Origin: Octopus vulgaris | Lineage: Eukaryota | Assembly (NCBI GenBank): GCA_951406725.2 | Contig: OX597840.1 | Location: 20,770,001 to 20,834,000, forward strand | Reading direction: 5' to 3' | Length of the DNA stretch: 64,000 bases | Shown here: one piece after another, positions 46,381 to 55,815 of the stretch | Position numbering within the stretch: the stretch's first letter is position 1 | Layout of the letters: each line of letters starts with the position of its first letter | Notes under the pieces: generated by a model | Told to the model about the DNA's origin: nothing | What the model saw: the letters and a program-made list of their open reading frames with translations, nothing else | Database searches by the model: none | Translations under genes and position numbers: made by a program

Positions 46381-47080
46381 ACGTGCAGGTGGCACGTAAA
46401 AAGCACCCACTACACTCGCGGAGTGGTTGGCATTAGGAAGGGCATCCAGCTGTAGAAACACTGCCAGATCAGACTGGAGCCTGGTGCAGCCCTGGCTTCC
46501 CACACCCCGGTCGAACCGTTCAACCCGTGCTAGTGCGGAAAACGGACGTTAAACGATGATGATAATGGGCTTCTTTCAGTTTCCATCTAACAAATCCACT
46601 CAAAAGGCTTTGGTCAGCCTAGGGTTCTGGTAGAAGTCACTTGCCCAAGGTGCCGTGCAGTGGGACTGAACCTGAAACCACTTGGTTAGGAAGCTAGCTT
46701 CTTAACCACACAGCTACATATATGTCTACGAAAATATAAATAATAACAAAGGGTAAAATTAATTAAGAAGTAATCAATAATTTCACCAAGTAGAATTCGG
46801 CATGAAAAAGACCATTTCATGGTAAACTTAAGTAATACTTAATAATTAGGGTTCAGCAAAGATTTGCTTTACCACATACCGAAGTTTAGAAATAGCAGCC
46901 AAAAAACGTTTGCTGTGTCTACGAAAATATATATATATATACATTTAAAAAGAGTAAATTCTGTAACTCACCATGTTGCTCACCATTGATGATGTTGGCT
47001 ACACAGAGACATCCCTGGTCAAATTCCTCCTCCACACCAACTTTGGTTGACCACCAATCACGCACTTTAAAGAGCGACAT
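18953..47080 (-). CDS. BBS9: Bardet-Biedl syndrome 9 protein (PTHB1), BBSome core subunit; 21 coding exons, 865 aa
   Basis: Exons joined by hand: 47080-46972, 46068-45909, 43815-43751, 43216-43103, 42281-42107, 41033-40955, 39438-39345, 38549-38454, 36918-36798, 36150-35969, 34711-34632, 33934-33878, 32477-32375, 29017-28910, 28639-28499, 27191-27099, 25599-25427, 23420-23268, 22548-22360, 20685-20496, 19068-18953. Sum is 2598 nt, all GT-AG, phases consistent, no internal stop. Hallmark BBS9 motifs: [40 protein letters not shown]...[46 protein letters not shown]. Confidence 0.96.
20496..20685 (-). CDS. BBS9: BBS9 coding exon 20 ([20 protein letters not shown]...[13 protein letters not shown]...AAS)
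   Basis: tcacag acceptor, G|GTTAGT donor, 190 nt. Confidence 0.93.
20700..21362. repeat. 16-bp minisatellite (ATGTGAAGACAAACAG)n, about 35 regular copies plus degenerate flanks
   Basis: Direct reading; variant unit ...GACATACAG interspersed. Confidence 0.95.
22360..22548 (-). CDS. BBS9: BBS9 coding exon 19 ([12 protein letters not shown]...LIRLW...NNSHQ)
   Basis: ttgcag acceptor, GTACGT donor, 189 nt. Confidence 0.93.
23268..23420 (-). CDS. BBS9: BBS9 coding exon 18 (HRQEVER...[20 protein letters not shown]...ETYHQ)
   Basis: ttgcag acceptor, GTGAGC donor, 153 nt. Confidence 0.95.
23547..24345. repeat. (CAT)n-based repeat with a 120-bp higher-order unit (3 copies, ~23900-24265)
   Basis: Lines 23941/24061/24181 and 24001/24121/24241 repeat. 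Confidence 0.9.
24983..25392 (-). mobile_element. SINE family A, full length
   Basis: Same sequence; head lies ~35 nt from the exon 17 donor. Confidence 0.85.
25427..25599 (-). CDS. BBS9: BBS9 coding exon 17 ([14 protein letters not shown]...[15 protein letters not shown])
   Basis: ttgcag acceptor, GTTTGG donor, 173 nt. Confidence 0.94.
25679..26072 (+). mobile_element. Helentron-associated (HINE/DINE-like) non-autonomous element
   Basis: Starts ACTAG...CCCGGCGTTGCTCGGG hairpin and ends CAGACAACTTCAGCTTTATATATA; near-identical copy at 59752-60126 (minus); related element at 52796-53315. Confidence 0.6.
27099..27191 (-). CDS. BBS9: BBS9 coding exon 16 ([31 protein letters not shown])
   Basis: tgttag acceptor (a second in-frame AG lies 9 nt downstream), GTATGT donor, 93 nt. 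Confidence 0.9.
28499..28639 (-). CDS. BBS9: BBS9 coding exon 15 ([47 protein letters not shown])
   Basis: ttccag acceptor, weak CAG|GTTCTT donor, 141 nt; RLPL.L and KITIDSNK match BBS9. Confidence 0.9.
28910..29017 (-). CDS. BBS9: BBS9 coding exon 14 ([36 protein letters not shown])
   Basis: cctcag acceptor, GTAAGC donor, 108 nt. Confidence 0.88.
29101..29402 (+). mobile_element. SINE family C (internal GGTGGCACGTAAAA repeats, (GAT)n tail)
   Basis: GAGTGGTTGGCATTAGGAAGGGCATCC...CAACCCATGCTAGC...GACGTTAAACGATGATG; copies at ~19231-19390(-), 19726-19907(-), 21472-21695(-), 27378-27634(+), 33115-33300(+), 35295-35612(-), 42595-42912(+), 46385-46562(+), 53717-54110(+), 58118-58565(-), 60282-60793(+). 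Confidence 0.8.
30630..30990 (-). mobile_element. Tc1-like transposase C-terminal remnant
   Basis: Frameshifted DFFLWGYLK-like motif, then [11 protein letters not shown]...[15 protein letters not shown]. Confidence 0.6.
31085..31490 (+). mobile_element. SINE family B dimer
   Basis: Second unit restarts at GTATTTCGTCTGCC (~31307). Confidence 0.85.
31837..32355. mobile_element. Two adjacent mariner-derived MITEs (further copies ~38693-38905 and ~57050-57165)
   Basis: Inverted ends GGGGCTGAAAAGTT...AACTTTTCAGCCCC with a shared interior. Confidence 0.6.
32375..32477 (-). CDS. BBS9: BBS9 coding exon 13 ([34 protein letters not shown])
   Basis: ttacag acceptor, GTGAGT donor, 103 nt. Confidence 0.88.
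33581..33800 (+). mobile_element. SINE family B (tRNA-like head with Meta-like central domain)
   Basis: GGCGGCAAGCTGGCAGAAACGTTAGC...GAGTTCAAATTCC...GAGGTCGACTTTGCCTTTCA; copies at ~8758-8900, 16075-16262, 26462-26660, 39632-39865, 44454-44682. Confidence 0.85.
33878..33934 (-). CDS. BBS9: BBS9 coding exon 12 ([19 protein letters not shown])
   Basis: ttacag acceptor, AG|GTAATT donor, 57 nt, phase 0 to 0; position matches the short vertebrate exon ending VPSVTVK. Confidence 0.8.
34632..34711 (-). CDS. BBS9: BBS9 coding exon 11 ([27 protein letters not shown])
   Basis: ctctag acceptor, GTAAGT donor, 80 nt; phases fit both neighbours. Confidence 0.85.
34905..35292 (+). mobile_element. RTE-type LINE RT C-terminal fragment
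   Basis: [14 protein letters not shown]...KFRELLPLL...KGRL...LHGSETWAL...MFRWMCNV. Confidence 0.85.
35793..35921 (+). pseudogene. Inverted (antisense) partial duplicate of BBS9 exon 15 and its acceptor, inside intron 10
   Basis: Reverse complement of 28530-28658 with 5 substitutions in 129 bp. Confidence 0.95.
35969..36150 (-). CDS. BBS9: BBS9 coding exon 10 ([27 protein letters not shown]...LSHKA)
   Basis: ccgtag acceptor, GTAAGA donor, 182 nt. Confidence 0.95.
36798..36918 (-). CDS. BBS9: BBS9 coding exon 9 ([39 protein letters not shown])
   Basis: cttcag acceptor, GTAAGT donor, 121 nt. Confidence 0.94.
36941..37907. repeat. ~114-bp tandem repeat, about 8.5 copies, in BBS9 intron 8
   Basis: ACTGATATGGTCAGGTAGAGAG occurs 9 times at ~114-bp spacing; the A-run length varies. 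Confidence 0.95.
38454..38549 (-). CDS. BBS9: BBS9 coding exon 8 ([32 protein letters not shown])
   Basis: ttccag acceptor, GTAAGT donor, 96 nt. Confidence 0.94.
39345..39438 (-). CDS. BBS9: BBS9 coding exon 7 ([31 protein letters not shown])
   Basis: ttgcag acceptor, GTAAGT donor, 94 nt. Confidence 0.92.
40660..40890 (+). mobile_element. CR1-type LINE fragment
   Basis: [12 protein letters not shown]...WNKLPA.VV; related 3' end at ~47420-47670 on the minus strand. Confidence 0.7.
40955..41033 (-). CDS. BBS9: BBS9 coding exon 6 ([26 protein letters not shown])
   Basis: ccgcag acceptor, GTTCGT donor, 79 nt. Confidence 0.9.
42107..42281 (-). CDS. BBS9: BBS9 coding exon 5 ([28 protein letters not shown]...LVECY)
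   Basis: ctctag acceptor, GTAAGT donor, 175 nt. Confidence 0.95.
43103..43216 (-). CDS. BBS9: BBS9 coding exon 4 ([37 protein letters not shown])
   Basis: tttcag acceptor, GTAAGA donor, 114 nt. Confidence 0.95.
43751..43815 (-). CDS. BBS9: BBS9 coding exon 3 ([21 protein letters not shown])
   Basis: ttccag acceptor, GTTGGT donor, 65 nt. Confidence 0.93.
44899..44947 (-). ncRNA. Degenerate minimal hammerhead motif in BBS9 intron 2, sense orientation
   Basis: Minus strand CTGATGA-T-GGGATAT ccttt ATATCCC-C-GAAA-CAGCTG-TA; palindromic stem III; stem I poorly paired. Confidence 0.5.
45209..45636 (+). mobile_element. 5'-truncated RTE-type LINE with (TGA)n tail and 12-bp TSD
   Basis: [11 protein letters not shown]...[10 protein letters not shown]...DREVWR; TSD ACCAGCTCACCA at 45197-45208 and 45637-45648. 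Confidence 0.85.
45909..46068 (-). CDS. BBS9: BBS9 coding exon 2 ([17 protein letters not shown]...[11 protein letters not shown])
   Basis: ttacag acceptor, GTGAGT donor, 160 nt, phase 1 to 2. Confidence 0.95.
46972..47080 (-). CDS. BBS9: BBS9 coding exon 1 ([36 protein letters not shown])
   Basis: ATG at 47080; donor G|GTGAGT; acceptor ttcctcag ends 15 nt upstream of the ATG (exon starts 47095), implying an upstream UTR exon. Confidence 0.95.
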
Positions 47081-47146
47081 TGCTCTTTGGACAATCTGAG
47101 GAATGAGAAATAACAGACACTAAAACCATTAATGATATTTCTCTAA

Positions 47147-47365
47147 ATAATAATAATAGTATTTTATAAGCTTAAAGCTTCTAAGCGTTCACTGTGTATA
47201 TCCCTGCGGAAAAAAAGCAGGTTTTCTGTATGCATGGTTTTCCATACGGAAAACCCACTTTCTCCCCGTCAAGGGCTTGTATGTCCTAATGTTAGATTCT
47301 TTTCTTTAGCCGATATATGGTGATCGCTTAAAAGCTTTAAGCTTATAAAATATTATTATTATTTA
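47147..47365. mobile_element. MITE-like inverted repeat just upstream of the BBS9 coding exon 1 acceptor
   Basis: TATTTTATAAGCTTAAAGCTTCTAAGCGTTCAC versus GTGATCGCTTAAAAGCTTTAAGCTTATAAAATA. Confidence 0.6.
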
Positions 47366-47756
47366 CAGAATTGTCACTCGTCAGAACTTCTCAAATTATA
47401 ATAATAATAATAATAAAACATTGTGTACAGTGCTCAGGTGCACAACAACTCATCTAAAGTGTATGTATAGTACATAGGGTAATGTACAAGCGTCAGGAAA
47501 AAGAACAGTGCATGAGTCATGGCATACACATATGTGTATGAGTATGGAAGGGGGACAATCAGGTGTAGTTTCGGCGGATTTCGGAAAGCATGAGGGCCTT
47601 AAAGGATGCAGTGTCATGGCAGTCAACAACTGACTCAGGCAGTTTGTTCCATGCTTCAGCAACTCTGAGCAGAAAGCACACCTGCTTGTTTGCTTAAAAT
47701 AGTATTTGTTTCAAAACAAAAACACCTTAATTAGGTTGTAATTAAGTCTTTGTCAG

Positions 47757-48327
47757 GTGGAAAGCATCATTTATGGAAGATCTGTAGAGCTTGATGAGGA
47801 CATCCTGCAAACCCTGGTGGAACAAAATCCCATCGTAACTGTTGAGGAACTAGCAGAGAAGCTTGGATTCGGTCATTCAACCATTCATCGACCACTGTGT
47901 GCCATCAGAAAACGACCATCTTTGGTTTCTAGACAAAAGGTGTTCCTCCATCAGTGTAATGCTCGGCCACATACAGTGAGAATGACATTCCAAAGGCTGG
48001 AGCAGTTTGAATGGGAAATGATGCCCCACCTACCATATTCGCTGGACATTGTCCCATCTGATTATCATTTATTCTACAGTCTTCAAAATCATTTGGACGG
48101 AAATAATATGAATTCTGTAGACGAGGTCAGAACAGTACTGGAAGAGTATTTTTAATCACAGACAAGTGAATTTTGGAAGAGGGGCCTTGCAAGTCTACCA
48201 GATAGATGGAAGAGTATTATAGAAAATGAAGGAGGGTATATTTTAGATTAAAAAAGAATTTTCTTTATCTTAATTTTGATAAATAAAAGAAGTATAAAAA
48301 CAACCGTATTTATGGGATGACCCAATA
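47757..48327 (+). mobile_element. Internally deleted mariner transposase remnant with 3' TIR
   Basis: HTH region GRSVELDED...ELAEKLG; NARPHT; PHLPYSLDIVPSDYHLF; LPDRWKSIIENEGGY; terminal TATTTATGGGATGACCCAATA. Confidence 0.85.
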
Positions 48328-49424
48328 TAATTAAAATGTAATATGTATGCATTATATATGTAATAATTAAATTAGCTCTACTCGAGCGTTGGGCCTCATG
48401 GCGGCAGTGACAGATGACCGAAACCTTTGACGGTATGCTGTGCATGTATAGACATGTCAAACCAAGTGAGATCATAGTTGTGGCTGATGCCAGTGTTACG
48501 TCAACGGCACTCATGACAGTGGTATGTAAAAAGCACCCACTACACTCTTGGAAGGGCATCCAGCATTAGAAACCTTACCAAATCGGACTGGAACCTGGTG
48601 CAGCTCCCTGGCTCACCAGTTTTCAGTCAGACCGTCCAACCCATGCCAGCATGGAAAGCAGACGTTACACGATGATGATGGTGATGATGATGATGCACTT
48701 AATTGTGTTTTGTTATGTGCAGGATCCACTGGTTCATGGAGAAATTATTTTGCATGAAACAGGTCCATGATGCAAAAAAGCACGGGGACTGCTCTTCTAC
48801 GGGATTTGAACTCAGAATATAAAAGGACAAAACTAAAAGATGGTCATGCTGACATCTATGTAAACAAAACAACAGACAAGCATAATCCAATCAATGATGG
48901 AGCATAGACATGGCTGCTCCATTTATTGCTAGAAACAACAGCCAAATCTACCTTCTATTACACCCTGTCCTACTTTTCTTTTCTGTAAGCACCCGTTTGA
49001 TAATATAGTCCTAGATACACTATGCCTGAATAAAAAAAATTCGATGGGTCACAAGTATGTATGTATACTATATGGTATAACGTTTTTAACTCATCCTGTG
49101 TTTTTATAGAACCATGTCCCAAATTATCCTGTGAGCGCTTTTAGTAACATGTTATTATAGGAATCTAGGACCCTTGCGGCAAATAAATGAACGTATCATC
49201 ATTATTTCACTAATCTATCACAAGTGAAAAGACCTTTGGGTTTAGGGCTGCAAGAACGGGATTCACTTGGTAATGAACAATAAAGAAGGAAACACTGGAT
49301 AATGTATGTACTCCCTATATACACACCACGCCCGAATAAACGAGAGTATGCTCGCTCTTAAGACACCTTTTTGACTATAGATCCACTGGATCAAACTTCC
49401 ACCTCGATCGATATAAACAATACA

Positions 49425-49455
<31 letters not shown>

Positions 49456-49547
49456 TTCTGTATATGCGTGTGTGTGTGTGAATGTTTATAGGTACATAAA
49501 TGTGCGTATATACGTGTATATATATATATATATATATAATAAATGTG

Positions 49548-49587
<40 letters not shown>

Positions 49588-49740
49588 ATATATATATATA
49601 TATATATATTAATAAATTAAATAAAACATATGCATATATATAAACATATATGGGTTAAACTAAAGCGTTACGCTTTAGTTTAACCCATATATGTACGTAC
49701 CTACCTCTACACGTATGTATATATATTACACACACACGTA

Positions 49741-49787
<47 letters not shown>

Positions 49788-49894
49788 CACTTAGATAAAA
49801 CATAGATGTGTTTCGACCAAAGATTGGTCCAGGCCGTGTCTAACTTAATAGCACCACCTGATAGGATTATCTAAATCCTTTTTAAGCCAATATA

Positions 49895-49941
<47 letters not shown>

Positions 49942-50039
49942 TGGCCTGCCCGCTTAACCAGCGGGGTGGCTAAAACAATGCGAAGCGCATTGTGACTAGC
50001 GATGTGTAGCAACATCTGATAGTCTGGTCAGTCACGGTG

Positions 50040-50091
<52 letters not shown>

Positions 50092-50093
50092 GC

Positions 50094-50130
<37 letters not shown>

Positions 50131-50183
50131 TGTGTATAAGTGTATGCGTATTCATATCTGATACCCGATTCGTGGGAACCTAC

Positions 50184-50305
50184 CTAGAACATTTTAGCAG
50201 GTGCGAATAAGGTAAATCAAATCTTTCAGCTCACGGAGCCATACTGGACGCCACTCGTTGTCATAGTTATAAGAGCATTTCCGCTATTTTAGTTTCAACT
50301 TCCGG
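50184..50305 (-). promoter_or_regulatory. Candidate BBS9 promoter and non-coding first exon with RFX X-box and ETS site
   Basis: Unique CpG-containing island. X-box ATAACTATGACAAC (minus, 50257-50270) fits RTHNYYWTRRNRAC; ACTTCCGG at 50298-50305; donor CTAG|GTAGGT at 50184/50183; coding exon 1 needs an upstream donor. Confidence 0.6.
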
Positions 50306-50434
50306 CATTTTTTTTTTTTGTCTTTTGTTCCGCAGAAAATTCAAACTTTTGAAACACAAATGTTTAAAAGAAACAATAAGCTTACAAATGAAGTAAAAAT
50401 AATTATAATGCATTATTTGGAAGAGAGTAATTAG

Positions 50435-50857
50435 GGATCTTTTCGGTTTGAACGGCAGTTTTTTTTAAATAATTTCCACGTAACTAAACACTTTTAAACT
50501 TCGTATACTGGTAGAATGTGTTTATAAAACATCTTTTTCTCTTGGCTTTGTTGAGAAAATTCTATAGTTTGTAAGATATTTGTTGGGGGTTTTTTTCTTC
50601 AATTTCTGCAATTTCAACCAATCAATGACGTCTATTGAGGTAAAAAAAAAACCATTCTGTGCCGTATGAATATGTCCCTCGTTTAAGAAACAGATTAGGT
50701 TTATTTACATTTGTGAAGAAAAAAATATACCCTTCCCCCCACCTCTAACCCTAAAACAGATTGAAATGCAATAGATCGATACTAGGGTCATAATTATGGG
50801 TAACAATTTCATATGACACCGCTAGAGAAAAACTGCAGTTCAAACCGAAAAGATCCA
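50435..50857. mobile_element. MITE with ~28-bp TIRs
   Basis: GGATCTTTTCGGTTTGAACGGCAGTTTTT ... AAAAACTGCAGTTCAAACCGAAAAGATCC. Confidence 0.75.
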
Positions 50858-51680
50858 AAAATTTATTCGTATTAAAATTTTGTCAGTTTTGAGAGTTAAA
50901 GCAGACCGCAACAAAGCATCTCAGAAATGTAAGGAGGCGAATAATCTGGGCGACAGATTGTGGGGGAGGTGTTATTGTTTTATCTTGTTTCGTTCATTGG
51001 ACTGCGGCCGCACCGGGGCATCTCCTTCAAGGGTTTTAGCCGAATCAATCGACCCCAGTCCTTAATATAATTTTAAAGCCTGATACTTATTGTATCAGTC
51101 TCTTTAACCGAGCTGCTAAGTTATGGGAACGTAAACAAACCAACACCACTTATCAAGCGAGCAGGGACGAATACATACACATGTATGTATGTATGTATGT
51201 ATGTATGTATGTATGTAGGCGTGGCTGTGTGGTAAGAAGCTTGCTTCCCAACCACATGGATCCAGGTTCAGTCCCACTGTGTGACACCTTGGGCAAGTGT
51301 CTTCTCCTATAGCCTCGGGCTGGCCAAAGCTTTGTGAATGGATTTGGTAGATGGAAACTGAAAGAAGCCCATCGTATGTATATATTTGTGTGTTGTGTCT
51401 ATGCCTGACAACCGATACTGGTGTGTTTATGTCCCCATAACTTAGCGGTTTGGCAAAATAGACCGATAGGATAAGGACCATTGCTCCAGCATGACTACAG
51501 TGAAATGGCTGAAATAAGTAAAAGGCAAAGTCGACCTTGGCAGAATTTGAACTCAGAATATGAAGACATGAAATGCTGCTTGGCATTTTGCCCGGCATGC
51601 TAACAATCCTGTCGCCTCACCCCCTTAACAACAACAACAGCATTAACAAGAAGAATGGCCCTTTTGTAACAGCAAACATT

Positions 51681-52080
51681 GTGGCTGTGTGGTAAGTAGC
51701 TTGCTTACCAACCACACGGTTCCGGGTTCAGTCCCACTGTGTGACACCTTGGGCAAGTGTCTTCTACTATAGCCTTGGGCCGACCAAAGCCTTGTGAGTG
51801 GATTTGGTTGATGGAAACTGAAAGAAGCCCGTCGTATATATATATATATATGTATTTACATGTGTGTTTGTGTGTCTGTGTTTGTCCCCCCCAACATCGA
51901 TTGACAAACGATGCTGGTGTGTTTACGTCCCCGTCATTTAGCAGTTCGGCAAAAGAGACTGATAGAATAAGTACTGGGCTTACAAAGACTAAGTCCCAGG
52001 GTCGATTTGCTAGACTAAAAAAGCAGTGCTCCAGCATGGCTGCAGTCAAATGACTGAAACAAGTAAAAGAGTAAAGAGTA
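51681..52080 (+). mobile_element. SINE family A
   Basis: Same sequence; other copies at ~51217-51520, 56467-56806, 62643-62890, 36370-36580, 40240-40510. Confidence 0.85.
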
Positions 52081-52795
52081 TATACCCTTATACCATACAC
52101 CACACATCTTTCGTCAATGACTGTCAATGTTTGAAACAAACATGAATTTCACAGTTCATATATCTGGGTTATGATTATCTGAGATTATTTCTTAATCCCT
52201 TAATCCAGTTATACTTTTATTCATTTCATTTAAGTTGTTGTATTGACACAACAGCTAAAAGTGGTCATATAACATTGAACTTCCAGCTTTCACACAAAGT
52301 GAAGGTGAACGACCTAATGCAGATGTTCTCAAAGTGGGTAGTGCTGCTCCCAAGCGGGGGCTGCCCATGTCTAAGGGGACGGGGAGCTAACATAATTAAT
52401 ACACAAAATCTTACCTATCCCTCTCTCTCTTTCGGAGAGGCACTGAGCAGCTATACGCACACATACACACACGGCAGTAACTTCCACCTACCGAATTCAA
52501 TCACAAAGCTTCGGTCAACTCGGGGCTATAGCGGAAGACACCTACCCAAAGTGCCACACAGTGGGACTGAACCCGAAACCATGTAGTTGGGAAGCAAGCT
52601 CCCTAACCACACAGTATTAATAATGTTAAACATCTTAAACAAGTAATTAAAATAAAATGAGATCTCATCAAGCAGAGAAAAGTCGTTAAATTGCAATATA
52701 TAAAGTAAACTATTTCCTTTTGTCTTAATTAATTTTTTAATCAATTAACTGTGAGAAGCTTATGCAATCCATTTTCATATTAAAATTTATAAATG

Positions 52796-53315
52796 ACTAG
52801 CAGTATTGCCCGGCGTTGCTCGGGTTTGTAAGGGAAATAACTATATAAGCCTTTTTAGAGAGTTACTTCCCTTATAGATGCCAATTCGGGCTTTCTTAGC
52901 CATTTCTGTTTTGGTGTCTTCAAGCCATGAAGTTGTTGTTCTAAAAGAAGGCTGGTCTCCTTGACAACGCTTTACGACATTGATTTCCTTACACTCCCTT
53001 CCCCACAGCTTCACGAGGGAGGGAAGAAGGGGGAGAAGCAAACACAGGTGCAGGTGTTTGAGCGTGGACGCCAACTCTGCCGCCATCGACACACGAAAAA
53101 TTATGCATTAAAATGGAATAAAAAATGATGTTAAATTATTTTTAAAATCGTAGACTCATCGTAGACGCGCGCTAATACCCAGAAGGGCTCGATATGAATC
53201 ACGACTATAAGATACCCGAATTTGGTTAAACTGCACCGCAAAATGTGGGAGTAGTTAGGAATCTAAATCGAAGGGGACAGACACTCACACAACTACAGTT
53301 TTATATATATAGATT
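52796..53315 (+). mobile_element. HINE-like element, different interior
   Basis: ACTAGCAGTATTGCCCGGCGTTGCTCGGG start; ...ACAACTACAGTTTTATATATATAGAT end. Confidence 0.55.
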
Positions 53316-55071
53316 GTCCATGTCAAGTTAATTAATTAATGATACCTCACTCACCACTTAGGTGGGTGCCACAAAAATTGAGTTTAACCCTTTCAATGCC
53401 AACCTGGCTAAAACTACCTCGGGCTCTATAGTACAAGTGTTTTGTACTACAGCATATTTAAAGGGAAATTTGCCAGGGTGGTCATTCGCCCACTGACATT
53501 CATTGATGCTGCATCAAAGAAACCAAAGAACAAAGAAAAACAAAGAAAAAAAAACATACTCATCACCGGAGCTGAAGACACCTCTGAAAGTGGGGGCCCT
53601 GCCACGTTGAAAATGGTAGAGAAGTAGGGGCCAAAACTGGACATGGTTCCTCCTGATGATGTCCTCCTTAGCCACTGGATCGTATACAGGAGCTGTTGAG
53701 GTAGTGAACCACAAAGCGTGATTGTTGCCAGGGCTGCTGACTGGCTCCTGTGCCAGTGGCACGTAAAAAGCACCATTCAAGCATGATCGTTGCCAGCGTC
53801 GCCTTACTGGCACATGTGCCGGTGGCATGTGAAAAACAACATTCAAGCGTGGTTGTTGCCAGCGCTGCCGGACTGGATCCCATGCAGGTGGCACGTAAAA
53901 AACACCTTTTGAACATAGTCGTTGCCAGTACCACCTGACTGGCCCTCGTGCCGGTGACATGTACAAGCACCCACTATACTCTCAGAGTAGGAACTTTGCC
54001 AGATCAGACTGGAGCCTGATGCAGCTTTCTGGCTTGCGAGTCTTCAGTCAAACCGTCCAACCCATGCCAACATGGAAAGCAGACATTGAACAATGATGAT
54101 GATGATGATGATACATACATACACACATACATACATACACACACACATACATACATATGTGCTTATACATAATGCATGCCCCACACAGCATGAAGCAGAA
54201 GAAGTGAAATAAATTTCATTCACTCCTCAAACATTATTTCAAATTTACTACTACTACTATTCAGGCCACCCTGCTTCAAACCAGTCTATTTTTAGTTGCT
54301 GTACTTCCACAATGGATGTCATCATAGAAATCATTTATGTAAATTTATTGCAGCACTTCATGTACAACAACAACAACAACATCTCCTTGGAAAGCAATCT
54401 CATTATCAGAAATAAGTTTTTGTCTAATTGCTTTTATAGTCTCTCACTTACTCAGCAATTATTCTCTTTAAAATGGAACTACAATTTATGAATATATTTC
54501 TTTCCTGAAGGTCGTTTGTCACTGAAATGTTTGTAAACCAAAACTATTTTTTCCCATTTAGAGAAATTCAAGATAAAGCACTGTGAATTTGAGCAGGAAT
54601 GTGAGAGCTTTTCTGTTTGGCTTCTATTTCTCAATATCTTCACCCTTATGGGTCCTTAAACTCATGACAGACCCTTTTGCAATTCCACTTGACTTCCGGG
54701 AAAATTGTCATTTTAACTTAAAGTTAAAATGACAATTTTTCTGGATGTTATGAGGAAACAAAGACGAACGTGTGAATTTTCTGAAACTCCTCTCTCCATC
54801 CCACTCCCAGAATTTTTCTTTTACAACAAATTCCAATATAAACAGAATCTAGACCATCTGAAGCATATCTGTAGAAAATTTCATTGAAAAACATCCATTT
54901 TTCTGGAAGTTATGAGGAAACAAAGTGCAGGGAGGGGGGTGCGCATTTGTGTCGATATGCCCAGTTTTCTGCTTGTTTTAGTAGCAAGAAGATGGACTTT
55001 CCTGTCGTAGACAACTCGTGAGGGTTCTACGATTCCTTGCTGAACAACCTGCGAAATGGTTTGTTTATATT

Positions 55072-55815
55072 ATTTCTTTATTGCCCACAAGGGGCTAAAC
55101 ATAGAGGGGACAAACAAGGACAGACAAACGGATTAAGTCGATTATATCGACCCCAGTGCGTAACTGGTACTTTATTTATCGACCCCGAAAGGATGAAAGG
55201 CAAAGTCGACCTTGGCGGAATTTGAACTCAGAACGTAATGGCAGACGAAATACCTATTTCTTTATTACCCACAAGGGGCTAAACACAGAGGAGACAAACG
55301 GATTAAGTCGATTATATCGACCCCAGTGCGTAACTGGTACTTTATTTATCGACCCCGAAAGGATGAAAGGCAAAGTCGACCTCGGCGGAATTTGAACTCA
55401 GAACGTAATGGCAGACGAAATACCTATTTCTTTATTACCCACAAGGGGCTAAACACAGAGGAGACAAACGGATTAAGTCGATTATATCGACCCCAGTGCG
55501 TAACTGGTACTTAATTTATCGACCCCGAAAGGATGAAAGGCAAAGTCGACCTCGGCGGAATTTGAACTCAGAACGTAACGGCAGACGAAATACCTATTTC
55601 TTTACTACCCACAAGGGGCTAAACACAGAGAGGACAAACAAAGATATAGGTATTAAGTCGCTTACATCGACCCCAGTGCGTAACTGGTACTTAATTTATC
55701 GACCCCGAAAGGATGAAAGGTTAAGTCGACCTCGGCGGAATTTGAACTCAGAACGTAACGACAGACGAAATACCGCTAAGTATTTCGCCCGGCGTGCTAA
55801 CGTTTCTGCCAGCTC
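55072..55815 (-). mobile_element. Head-to-tail array of 4 SINE family B units (~170-180 bp each)
   Basis: Body repeated four times; only the first (55815 end) has the full 5' head. Confidence 0.9.

Noticed and set aside
50743-50753. Telomeric repeat
   Set aside because: Fewer than two CCCTAA units, inside a MITE
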